Part shown: positions 36,540 to 48,110 of the stretch, piece by piece
Layout: the number at the start of each line of letters is the position of its first letter
Numbering within the stretch: the stretch's first letter is position 1
Assembly: GCA_963575745.1 (NCBI GenBank)
Contig: CAUYUJ010000192.1
Location: forward strand, 186,001-250,000
Direction of reading: 5' to 3'
Length of the DNA: 64,000 bases
Source of the DNA: Prorocentrum cordatum
Lineage: Eukaryota
Program-made: the position numbers and the translations under genes
The notes under the pieces: model-generated
Told to the model about the DNA's origin: nothing
The model's input: only the letters and a program-made list of their open reading frames with translations
Databases searched by the model: none

Positions 36540-39365
36540 TTCTCTGACTGAGTCGCTCGGGGTGGCTTCTTGGAATTCACAAGCGTTGCTAGGCTCGGTT
36601 CACGCCAATCATCAGCGTCAGTGCCGCAAGTACTTATGTTTTCGAAACCTCGTCGAGAAATATATGATCGTATTTACGCAGGAGACACGTGGGACGTTTG
36701 ATGATCTGGAGACTCTTCGGCGTGACTTCCCCTCTCATCATCATATCAGTAGTTTCTGCGGCACCCCGAAAACTGGAGTTTTCGTCATTTCCATTTCGAA
36801 AAAGCCCATTCGCAAGTTCTCGGCCGCTCGTGTGGTTCCCGTCGCCCCTGGGAGGGTCCTGGTTCTTCGTCTCACTGGTCCTGGTGGTCAGTTTGCGCTT
36901 GGCAATGTGCAATTAGACCCTGCCTTATCGTCTGGCGGAGCATTTCGTGTTTTACAACAGCTCAGGAAGGTGGTTCCTGCTCCTGGACAGGCGCTCGCTT
37001 GCATCGGTGGCGACTGGAACATCCTTGAGCTCGACGAGTTTAGGCAGGCTGTGGACGGCAGCATCACCATTCCTCCTGATGACAGCATCACCCTCCGCAG
37101 GTTACCCAGCCTCTTTGGTGAACTCGCCGAGGTACCCCAAGAAGAACCCACTCACAGCACGTCTATTGGTGATGTTGTCCTTTCTGCATGTTGTCTCGAC
37201 CGCATTTATTGGTCAGCGCCGACAGCCGAGATGCTCGACTGGCACGCTCGCTCCAATGTCATTGGGCTTGCTCACGACAGACACGGGTGTTCGGACCATG
37301 TTCCTGTTTTCGTCCAGGTCGCTCCTGGGGCGGGCCCTCCGTCTCTGCCGAGATGGCTTTCTTCTCACCCTGGCTTCCCTGAGCTGGTTGAGAGTGTCTT
37401 GAGTGAGTGCGAGCTAAGTGACGACCCGTTCGATCGCCTTCAGGAATGCAAGGCGGCCATGTTCGCTGCGCGGGACTCCTTGGCCAGCCAGCTCTACCGT
37501 CTGGGGCCGAGTGACGGGCGGCAAGAGATTGCCGTCTGCCTCAGGTTTATGCGTGCTGCACGTGCTCATAAACGTGCGCATCTACATGCTTGCCTTCATG
37601 CTCCCCCTTTTTCTTAGCAGCTATTTCGACTTTCACAACATGTTCTACACTGACTATGAAGGATTTCATGAATACCTCAGGGCCCCCAATGCTGACATGA
37701 TATCTGACATGATGATGAACGATTGCACTTCCCCTGCTGGTCATATTGATGCTGCCAAGCAAGCTAGGATGCAAGCCCTCCTGCGCTCTTGGTCGGTGAA
37801 AAGGCGCAAGCTCGCCACTTTTGCGGTTGGAGACCCGCTAGACTCTGCGCCGCCGTCGATTGAGCAGTCTGCTAAGAATTTAGCCGTGCACTGGGGTGAA
37901 GTACACCGTGCACCTCCTCATCCTTCTTCTGTCGGTCCTCATGTTCTTGCTGATTTGGGCCGTGAATTTCAACATATTTCACCTGGCATCTCCTGGGAAC
38001 TTGAAGAATTTGAGTTTCGGTCCGTTATTCTGAGTAGGCAAGACTCTGCCACAGGTCCCGACGGTATCCCGTACAGTGGTTGGAAAAACGATGGACCCAT
38101 GGTTCATCTGTGTCTGTATCAGGCTTATGTTGCCCTTCTCCGTGGTCATGCACCCCCTCCTGGCATCAATCATGGTTTACTCGCTATCCTACCGGAGGTT
38201 GACGTTGCTGATGGTGAGGCCAAATCTATCTTGGAGCCCAAGCAGACCCGCACTCTCACGCTCAGCAACACGGACAATAAGCTGATCTCATCTGCACTGG
38301 CCACATTCGCTCTTTCAAGATTTCTATGGTCCAGAACATTCGCGCTCATAACGTTTTGGCTCAACCAGTGTTATTACGTGTGGGACAATTTTATTATGTC
38401 AATGAACGGGTTACCACGACAGAACATACAGCTTTACAGAGGCTGACCGCCTCTCCCAGACACGCCATTTCCACGTCACAACTGAAGAATATTGATCCGC
38501 TTGGCTTCGGCACGGTGCCACGTGCTATCACTTTGACAATCGTTCTGCTTTATTTCGTTCCGCCCTGCGTAGCAAGGTCTTCGATGACATCTCTACCCGA
38601 TTCCATCGGATCGAGCAGTATGATGTTGATGTCCTTTTGCTTCCCCGAATTCCTCAGTGGCTTCGTCAATCTGCCGCGTGCACTTGGCTTGGGAACTATA
38701 AGAGGCTGGTCGCCATTGCCCCTCACCTAGCCGAAGATGGCGTGCACGAGGTTCAGAAGAAAGTTGTCAGGCTTCTGAGATCTCAACGCGAGGCCCCTTC
38801 CATTGCTCACCTTCTCGGCCCGCGGGTCCGATACTTCTGGCCCGAGGCCCCGTGGGAGATTGTTGACGCTGCTTTCAGGTACACCCATTTCCTGGTCAAG
38901 CGTGCTGGCCCATTCGCGGCCGTTTCGTATACCAAGACTATCTGCAATGCCTGGCCAACTACACGAAGGTTCCGTCAAGGGACCCAGATCTGTCGATTTG
39001 GCTGCCAGGCCCTATTCGGAGATGCTGTTGATCACTACCTCCACTGTCCTGCTGCTCTGAGCGCGCTTCCTTTAGTTTTGCCGAATCTGCCTCCTGATTA
39101 TGCCTCTCGAGCCAGGCATGAGCATGTATTTTGTTTCGGAGGCCCCCAGGCTAGTCAGAATCTCTTATCGACTCTCCTTGTGCATGATATTCTGTTAGCA
39201 TCATACAACACTTTGCGCGCGCAGGACAGTTTCGGTCCTGTGTGTCTTCCTGCTCTCTTCCGCGCGCGCGCGCGGGTGCTGGCCCGCCGCCGCGCGGGTA
39301 TTCGGGCTCTGCTACAGCGAGCTGGCCCAGCGGGCCCGCCCGCCGCTGCCGATGATGAAGACTGA
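36540..39365 (+). pseudogene. LINE ORF2: APE endonuclease + start of RT, RT catalytic core deleted, post-RT region and zf-RVT retained
   Basis: APE motifs ASWNSQ, TQETRG, GGDWN, LDRIY, SDHVPV. RT start SATGPDGIPY...RTLTLSNTDNKLISSAL jumps at ~38300 to post-RT NIRAHNVLA...ALQRLTASPRH. C-terminal ICNAWPTTRRF...CRFGC...HYLHCP. Confidence 0.88.
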
Positions 39366-39964
39366 TGGACTGCTTGCCCTCGTCTCGTTCTTCTCTTGTC
39401 CGCCTGCCCTCGTCTCGTCGCTATGCCCTTGCGCTCCTCCTCCTCCTCCTCCCCCTCCTCCTCCTGCGAGGGATGCGAGGGATCAGCCGCGCTTCGTGCC
39501 TCGCAAGAGAGCGCGGTTTTCGGGGGGCCCGTGCAGTTCAGTTGGCCCCCAAAGAGGCCGCGGCTCACGCCGTCGTCGAGGCGGCCTCCAGGGGTGCGAA
39601 GCGAGCTGCTAGAGGCGCCCCGCCGTCGCTTGCGGATGCGAACCCACCAGGAGCTTCTGCCGAGGGCATGAGAGGTCCGCCCAGCGTGGCGCGAGGGCAT
39701 TTCCTGTTCATTTCTAGGGGCATTGTGGGCTGTAGTAATACATATCGGCCGAATTTTTCTCGACTCGTTTTTGGCCTTGGGATGTCGGCGCAACCGATTC
39801 GGGGGCTTCCCCGTGGAACCTCTCGTCACTGCCGCGATGTTTTGGCTGGGCTTGCAGCGCCCTGGGGCCCACTCCCGTTTTGTGCTCGATTGCGCCCGCT
39901 CTCATTTTTCAGAGGCCCTTATCCGCCCCGAAACTAACTCGGCGCGTCGTCCTATGGGCTCGCG

Positions 39965-40227
39965 GTTCCTCTTCCTACTCCTGCTCCTGCTCCTCCTCCT
40001 CCTCCTCCTCCTCCTCCTCCTCCTGTTCCTCACCCCTCTGCTCATGCTCGTTCTCAGTGTTCCTCCTCCTCATCCTCCCTCCCCTCCTCATCCTCCTCCT
40101 CCGCCTCATCCTGCTCTCCCGCCTCCCCCCCGTCATCATCGTCGTGATCCTCGTCCTCATCCTCCGTGTTTTTTTTTTTTTTTTTTTGGTCCTCTTCCTC
40201 CTCCTCCTCCTCCCCTCTCTCCTCCTC

Positions 40228-40260
<33 letters not shown>

Positions 40261-40308
40261 TCCTCCCCCTCGTCCTCCTCCTCCTCCTCTTCCTCCTCCT
40301 CCTCCTAG
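39965..40308. repeat. (CCT)n tract with an internal T-run
   Basis: Directly visible; T-run at ~40169-40187. Confidence 0.92.
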
Positions 40309-40309
40309 G

Positions 40310-43300
40310 CTCCGTCCCAGCGCTGCCCCCCCCCTTCTCGCGGAGTCTCGTGCGAGGAGCGCGGGCCGCGATGGGGGCTGCCGCACCCGCAGGGGCATGG
40401 GGGCTGCCAGAGTGCCGCCCCCCGCGCGGAGGGGCAGGCGGGCGCCCCCTGTGCTCTGGCTGCAGGCGCTGCTGCTGCTGGGAGGGGTGCGCCCAGGCGA
40501 GGGACGCTTCACGTTCCTCCCAGTGTGGAACCCACAGAACCTGCTGTCTCCCGCCCGCCTGGACGAGGTGTCGCGGGCACTGGCTGGCGTGGGAACTGTT
40601 GGCCCCCCAGGCGCGTGCGTGCGCCAGTGGTGGAACGAGCCTCACCACAAGGCGACGTCGGTGGCCCACCACGTGGTGCACTTCGGGTGGCAGCGCTCCA
40701 GGCTTGTCAACAAGAGCTGCGGATGCGCGCTGGTGCTGGCCAAGAAGTACTTCGGGGTGAACGATATTCGACGACTGGTCACCCCGCCCGTGGGCCTTCG
40801 TGGACGAGGCGGACTGGCCTACATTGCCTCGGGACCGCTGCTCCTCGCCGCGCTCGTGCTTTACTCCCCCCCGCGGCCCGCGGCCAAGGGGGAAGCGCCC
40901 ATCTGGCGCGACGCTTGCCGTGCACTGGTGGCTTGGGCGCGGTGCGAGCTTTTGCGCGTGCCTCAGCGGTGCCCCCCTGTGCTGCTCATGGACCTGAACT
41001 CGGGCCTGACCCAGCACTTCGACGAGGATCCCGTGGTCGGCCAGTTTGGTGCAGCAACTGAGAGCTACGCTGGCAAGCTGGTCCATGAGTGGCTGGCGGG
41101 GGCACGTATGCAGGCGATCAACACCACGCAGCGGGTTGGCAACACTTACTTCGGCATGGGTAGAGCGCCTTCCCAGATCGACTACATTCGCGTGCCCCAG
41201 AGTGCTGGAGTGTTAGTGGAATGGGCGAAGGCGTGGCACCGCGCGGCGGAGGCCGCGCGAGCGTCTCCCTCGATCCTCGATCACGTCCCCGTGGTTGCCA
41301 AGATTCGGATTGTGCCGCCCATGAACCAGCTGCCGCTGCGAGAGCGGTGGGGCCGCCCGCGCTTGTCAGGAGCAGTCTTGTCGGGGAATGGACGAGAGCA
41401 GTTCTTGACCGATCTTCGCGAGGCGTTCCTGGAGATAGGCCCGTCGCTCGACGTGCTGGAGACGAGGGGGGCGACTACTGGCCACGCCGCGCTTGTCATG
41501 GGCACCATCCGCAAGATCGGGCTGGCGCGCTTTCCCAGGACACGGCGCGCCCAATGTACGAGAAGAAGTTGGACGAGAAGAAGTGGCAGCTGCTCCGTGA
41601 GAGGCGCGCCATCCTGGAGGAGGTGAAGGCGCAGGAGTTCGAGGCCATGCAGCGCTGCTCTTCTCCAGCGACCTGGCCGTCGGCTGCGGGCCGCCTTACT
41701 GGCGGCCCTTCCTCTTCCCCACCTTGCGCTGGATCTGTCGAACCACTCGTATCAGAACGCAACGCGCGGAGCAGAGGCTCAGGTGCCCCCCCCCCGTCGC
41801 GGTGCCGAAGAGCCAGACCTGCCGCGCGAGAGGGTCGCCGAGTTGTGGACGCTCGGCAGTGCGATCAGGAGCTACACGAAGGCACTTCAACACTGGCGAC
41901 GCCGCAGAGCTCATGAGCGCCAGAAGTTCACAGAGGACGAACTCCGACAAGCATGGCGAGGCCGTGACATGGCCCAAGTTCCTCGGTTTGCCTGCTCGCT
42001 GGCGCGCACGGGCATTGGCGTGAAGAACCGCAACTACAGAGCACGCGCCTCGTGCAACCCGACGTGCGACGAGTGGTCGACCTTCCTCGCGCAGGACCCG
42101 CTCCTGGGCGGCTTGGCAGCTGCTCGCACGACCATTCCTCTCTGCCACAACTTGAAGCCCGACAGGCTCACGGACTTGGGCAACGCACCGGACTACGCCA
42201 TCCCTGATACGGTGCACATGTCTGAGGGGGGCCTCCGTGGTGGCCAGTCGGACTTCACGATGACAACCAAGGCCCTTCGCCGCGCGAAGATTGGCAAGTT
42301 TGCGCCGTCCTGGTCAGCTCCCTCGGAGATTCCTCCTCCTCCTCATCGTGGACCCAGGATGGCTCAGCAGCCCGACTCTGTATGCCCGCCTGCCGTGGGG
42401 AGTGGGAGCCCGACGACCGCTGGTGATGGAAGAAGAACCTCGAGCGCCTGATCCCTATGCGCGCCTGCAGCTCCGCCACCTGGAGGCATTGGGAGAAGGA
42501 AGACATCGCTTGTACCGCCTGGTACTACATGTACGGCGTATTGGACTTCTACCCGTGCAGGCGTCTCTTTCGTATGGATTTGCCCCAGATAAGCGAAATG
42601 GGAAGACGGGAGCGGCAGGCAGACGGCTGGTGCACGTCATGTGCCCTTTCTGGCGAGCTGTGATGAGGGGGGGAATTCTGCGTGGGAGCACCTTCCGACC
42701 GCCAGAGTGGGCTTTCGCGGCTCGGGGCAGGCGAAGGGAGCACTTGATGATGGCGACGAGGATCGTGGCGTGGAAGGGGCACCACTCAGGACAGCACATG
42801 CTCCACAAGAGCTACGACGCCACGAACGCGTTCGGGCGCGGCCGCAAGGAGGACCTAGAGCGTTCCGTCAGGGACCGCTTGGAGGAGGATGAGGAGATCA
42901 AGGACCAGGACCTGAATTACGTGACGGCGATCTCCCGTCAGCGACGCATGGCGCTCACCGTCGTCATCCCAGCTGCAGACGGCGAGGTGGCCCTGAGGAG
43001 CGGATCAGGAGGGTTCATGGGGGACACATCGGAGCCAGAGATATTCATGAGTAACTACCACATCGCAGTGACGAAGTGGGCCGAAGTGGAGACGGCTCGC
43101 TCTAACGGTGCGATGCTCATCAGGATGCAGAACTTGCCCGAGGTCGACGCTAGCCTGGGATGTTTTATGGACGACATCTTCAAGACCCAGCTTCTGTCGG
43201 AGCCCCAGTCCGCGGCGGAGGTGACCCGCCTCTCGCTGCGTAGCGACCAGGGGCTGGACCAGGCTCTCCTGGAGAGGGCCTACGGCCAGAACAGGGCCAA

Positions 43301-45894
43301 GCAGGACGTAGTGCCTGCTTTTCCTTCGAGGCAGCTGGTACGTCGTACGATTACGGAGCTCAACCGCAGCGGCTGCCGCAGCAGCTACGAGCTGAAGCAC
43401 CTGGGCGCCTGGTTCAACGCGGTGAACAGCAACAGTAACGAGCTCAAGGCACGGCTGGCTGCGATTACGAAAGGCTGGATGATGGTGCAGGGGTTCTGGT
43501 ACTCAGCGTCGCCATTACGAGTCAAGCGCTTGATGTTCATATCCCTGGTGAGCGGGGCGGCCCTCTCGGGCACGGTGGCTTTTTGCTGGACGGCTGCGGA
43601 GACCAGGCAGCTGTGTGGTGCATTGGCTTGCAAGCTACGCTCCATGATGGGAGGCACGGCTAAGGCGGGACCATCGCACATCACGACGCTCACCACACGT
43701 GAGGTTTATAGGCATTGGAATCGTGTGCCCTTTGCACTGGAAGCGACAGTTCAAAGGCTGAAGGCATGGCAGGCGATTGCGAGAGCGCCTCGGAACCATG
43801 CCCACTTGCTGGTCATCTTTTACGGCGAGATGCAGTGGGAGGCCACCAGCGCTTACCGCTGCCCACCGACGCTGCTTGAGGACGGCCGCTTCAACGACAC
43901 GACGCTGATCCACCCTTGGGCGCGTCAGCTCCGGCAGGACTTGGAGGTGATGTGCAGCACACCTGAAGCGGAGTCATTCGCGGAGGTGTGGGGGTTCGGC
44001 TCCATGCTGGACCTGCTGTGGGACGAGGAGGTGAACTACCTCTTCATCTCGTTTGATCCGCGGTGCCTGCGCAGCGCCTTTGCTGCAGTGCAGTGGGCAC
44101 CGCCACCTTGCCTGGCAGACACTGTGCCAGCCGCCCAGGACGATTAGCAGACCTGGGAAAAAGGAGAAGCGGACGTCTTTGTTTGTACGATCAGAGCCAA
44201 TCCAGATGACCCGACTTGTGGACAGAGTTTTCGCACGCGTGCGGCGCTTGTAGCACATGTATGTCAGTCTCGACAACCAGGGCATGGGGGACAGAGTTTA
44301 TTCAATATCCTAACGCCTAGCAATGCATGCATCAACTGCAACACGGTCTTTCAGAGCAGGGGGGAGGCGGTGAGGCACTTGGCACGATCATGGCACGCTG
44401 GGAGGTGTATCAGACACAATACGGCGTACCCGTACATGCACCACCTGCCTACCACGCACGTGTGCGCGCTGTGCCAGTCCTTGTTCATGACCTACGAGAA
44501 CCTCCGTAGCCACTTGTGCTCACACCTGCCGCCGACGCAGGAGGGCAGATCCATATCAGTCGTCACGCCGAGACCTGTACCGTCCGGACCAAGACCGAGG
44601 GCGAAGAGGCCCGCAGCTCCTGCCACAGGACCGCGCCAGAGAGGCAGTGAGATTCGCACAGTCGAGCGCCTGTTCGTCAGCAGCAACACCCTTCTATCCC
44701 AAGGAGGTGGAGAAGCCAGGGAGGTGGCGCCCACACAAGGGGGGCTCCTTGGCCCAGTCGCCGACTGGTGGGCAAGCGTCCAACGGCGGAGACGAGAGTC
44801 AGCAACGCAAGGGAGAGGGAGATCGAGCCGAGGGAGGAGCACGACTCCAACGTGGCGGAGGCGTGGTCAAGGCCATCCAGCAGGAGTCGAAGGACCTCTC
44901 AGACCACGCGGCGAACCTCCGCATGCAGATAGGCCAGTACAAGGAGGACGCCAAGAAGGCGAGCGGCTCCGACGAGGGAGCCGAGAAGGAGGCGGCGCTG
45001 AAGGCCGAGGATACTCAGAAGGAGCTGCACACGCTGGGGCCCCCTGCCCCAGCTCTCCCAGCGGCGCTCGTCGAAAGCCTGGAGGCCGAGGAGGTGGGGG
45101 CGGTCAACCGCAGGGCGCTGGAGGGGATGAAGCACGAGCTCGTCGAGGCCCCGCCCGTGGACGTCCGCCTTGGCAGGCTGGAGAGCTGCAAGGACGAGTA
45201 CATGATCAAGATCGTGCTGGCTCCCAACGACAAGTCCAAGGAGGGGGTGATCACAGCCTGGCTGCACGCGATGGGAGCCCAGGTGACCAGCGGCATGGCC
45301 CCCTCGGACTACATGGAGGACGAGGTCAACGTGTGGACCGACGCGTTGAAGGCGGCCTGAGCCCCGCACGTGAGCCTTTCGGCAGCTTCGCCGCCCTGTG
45401 CCCAGACGTGGAGGGGGTCGTGTCACTGTCGTCCGAGTCTGGGGAGGAGGAGGGATGTATGTAGAGTCTTGCCCCCCCTACTGCCCCCGCGGCATCGCAG
45501 CTCTCGCGGTGCTCTGACGGACTATCGCGGGGGCAGTGGGGGAGACGTGGACGGCTTTCCTTTTAGACGCCGACGGGGAGTCGGCAATCTCCGAAGCCAC
45601 TGGCCGTATTGGCGGGCGAGTTTCTCTGGACCGATGTGCACGCACTGCCTCGGAGCCATCGAGCTTCGGGACGCGCAGCCGTGCGCACCTGGCATAGTAG
45701 CAGCACCAGCACGGTGCGGACGGCGGACATGTGAATTCTTCTAGCAGTTTTACCCCGTGACGGGTTGCTCAGCTCGCGTGCAGCGTGTTGTCAGTCTTCA
45801 GGTGCACGAGTGCTGGGGCGCATATGTGTTAGATGTTTATTGCGAGCATTGGAGTTTCGTGATCTTGTCCAGCAGCCGCGAGCAAGCAAGCAAG
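40310..45894 (+). mobile_element. Decayed non-LTR retrotransposon (RTE-like): APE + RT + three C2H2-like fingers + 3' ORF + (AGCA)n tail
   Basis: APE: VWNPQ, MDLNS, SQIDYI, LDHVPV. RT: SYDATNAF, GGFMGD, CFMDD, NRAKQ, LKHLG. A single TAG at 44145-44147 separates the RT from in-frame fingers CTIR..TCGQSF...LVAH, CINCNTVF...VRH, CALCQSLF...LRSHLCSH. Frameshifts near 41545, 41780 and 42330. Tail agcaagcaagcaag at 45881-45894. Confidence 0.88.
44647..45360 (+). CDS. Unknown helical protein encoded 3' of the RT/zinc-finger ORF within the LINE (N-terminus probably frameshifted)
   Basis: Protein-like composition with many GC-ending codons from ~44860: VVKAIQQESKDL...LGPPAPALPAALVESL...VRLGRLESCKDEYMIKIVL...GMAPSDYMEDEVNVWTDALKAA*. 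Confidence 0.55.
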   Translation: MRFAQSSACSSAATPFYPKEVEKPGRWRPHKGGSLAQSPTGGQASNGGDESQQRKGEGDRAEGGARLQRGGGVVKAIQQESKDLSDHAANLRMQIGQYKEDAKKASGSDEGAEKEAALKAEDTQKELHTLGPPAPALPAALVESLEAEEVGAVNRRALEGMKHELVEAPPVDVRLGRLESCKDEYMIKIVLAPNDKSKEGVITAWLHAMGAQVTSGMAPSDYMEDEVNVWTDALKAA

Positions 45895-46690
45895 CTCCTC
45901 CTCCTCCTCCTCCTCCTCCTCCTCCTCCGCCTCCTCCTCCTCCTCCTCCTCCTCCTCCTCCTCCTCCTCCTCCTCTGCCTCCTCCTCATCCACCTCCTTC
46001 CTCCCTCCTCTCCTCCGCCTCCTCCTCCTCCTCCTCCGCTCCGCCCTCCTACGCTCCCCCTCCTCCTCCTCTCTCCTCCTCCTCTTCCTCCTCCTCCTCC
46101 TCCTCCTCCCTCCTCCTCTCCTCCTCCTCTCCCCCTCCTCCTCCTCCTCCTCCTCCTCCTCCTCCTCCTCCTCCCTCCTCCCCCTCCTCCTCCCCCTCCT
46201 CCCCCTCCCCCTCCCTCCTCCTCCTCCTCCTCCTCTCCTCCCTCCTCCTCCTCCTCCTCCTCCTCCTCCTCCTCCTCCTCCTCCTCCTCCTCCTCCTCCT
46301 CCTCCTCCTCCTCCTCCTCTCCTCCTCCTCCCTCTCCTCCCCTCCTCTCCGCCTCCTCCTCCTCTCCTCCACCCCCTCCTTCTCTGCCTCCTCCCCCTCC
46401 TCTCCTCCTCCTCCTCCTCCTCCTCCTCCTCCTCCTCCTCCTCCTCCTCCTCCTCCTCCTCCTTCCTCCTCTCCTCCTCCCCCTCCTCCTCCTCTGCCTC
46501 CTCCTCCTTCCTTCCTCCTCCTCCTCTCCTCCCCTCCTCCTCCTCCTCCTCCTATTCCTCTCCTCCTCCTCCTCCCTCCTCCTCCTCCCTCCTCCTCTCC
46601 TCTCCCTCCTCCTCCTATTCCTCCTACTCCTCCTCCTCCTCCTCCTCCTCCTCCTCCTCCTCCTCCTCCTCCTCTTCCTCCCCCTCCTCC
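45895..46690. repeat. ~0.8-kb (CCT)n microsatellite
   Basis: Directly visible. Confidence 0.97.
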
Positions 46691-46779
46691 GCGCAGGACC
46701 CCCTTGGGCAAACACTGGTCGGTGACTGCTGTAAGGGTTTAGTCGTCAGAGCATATGAAGCGGTATCGCCCACTGTTTT

Positions 46780-47060
46780 AACAGGCCACTTCGGCGAGGG
46801 ACGATCGAGTTGCGCCCCCAGCTGAGCCACGCCACGCCAATACGTTCCCCCAGCGAGCCTGTTGTAGAGCTTGAAGCTCTCCACCTCGTACACCTCCACG
46901 ATGCCCCAGCTGGAAGCCGTCTCTTCAGGCGAGGCGCGCCTGCGACAGAGGCAATTATGGATCAGCATCTCGCTCCATGCTGATGCAGTCATCGTGCTGC
47001 CATAAGGAACGCTGAAGAAGAAACGAAAGGGTTTCCCTGGCCACGGCGACCCTCGGCCAC
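46780..47060 (-). pseudogene. Possible decayed coding fragment (weak resemblance to the region preceding a PARP catalytic core)
   Basis: WGIVEVYEVESFKLYNRL...KWPVKT loosely resembles I..V..VEN..LW..Y; no HG motif follows. Confidence 0.15.
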
Positions 47061-47942
47061 GCAGAGGTTCCCCGACCTGGATCCGAGAAGCGGCCCGGAA
47101 ACGAAGACCCCTTCTGAACCCCCAAGTGGTCCTCCTCTCAACGTGCTTACTGTGCTCATGGCGGCCAGTGTTCGCCGTCTGGCCGAAGAACACACTCTCC
47201 CGTCCAGGCGAGTTGGGATCGGATGCAGCCACCCCGTGCTCGGTGCCAGTCCTCTGGCCAGCACACTCGAGCGCCTTCGGTGGGCCTCCCCCCACTGTGA
47301 AGGCCCGATGATCCCAGGTAAAAACCTTAATTACAAGAGCACTGCAGTCAGCATCACAATAACAAATACGAAGAGCCAGAATACATCAGCACTGCAGTCA
47401 ACACCACACTAACAAGTGTGAAGAGCCAGAGCAGTGCAGCCCCAGGACTCCCCAGACCTGTGCTGTCGTGACGCTTCTTCGCTACTACTCGCGGGCACAA
47501 GAACTCTCTCGACCGCAGGCATCACCGGGGGCGCTTTTTCCGCTGGCCGCTGCTTCGTTCTGTGGCGCGCCGCGTGGAGCAGCGAGGGGGGGCAGGCCTC
47601 CTCAGCAGGCGGCAGAGTTTCGGAGAAGGCTTAGAAAGCTTCGATCCCAGCAGGCCAGAGGCCTTCTCCCTCTCAGACGGCCCGCACCCTCTGCCTTCTT
47701 CCCCTCTGTGCGAGCCGCCGGTTCATGGCCACGGGGTTCAAGAACGGCAAGACTGGGCGCTGACATCGTGAACATTCGGCCAGCCGTGATGTCCGCGATC
47801 CGGGAGGCCGTCGCCGGCCCATCCGCTTCCGCTCGACACTGGCCCACTAGCCCCATGGACGCCTCCCGGACAACACTGCAACACTCGGACAAGCGGCTCC
47901 AGCCGGGTCGAAGGCCCTCCAGGAGTCCCGACGAGGACAGAA

Positions 47943-48008
<66 letters not shown>

Positions 48009-48110
48009 AACGGCCTCGACTTCGACTTCGACTTCGACGACGACGACGACGACGACGGACGACCCACGACCGACCCCCGACGACCGACGACCGACGACCG
48101 ACGACGGCCC
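47943..48110. repeat. (GAC)n microsatellite
   Basis: Directly visible. Confidence 0.95.

Noticed and set aside
38354..38364. ttttggctcaa, an SL-like 11-mer
   Set aside because: Lies inside LINE coding sequence (NVLAQ) and lacks the SL 5' half.
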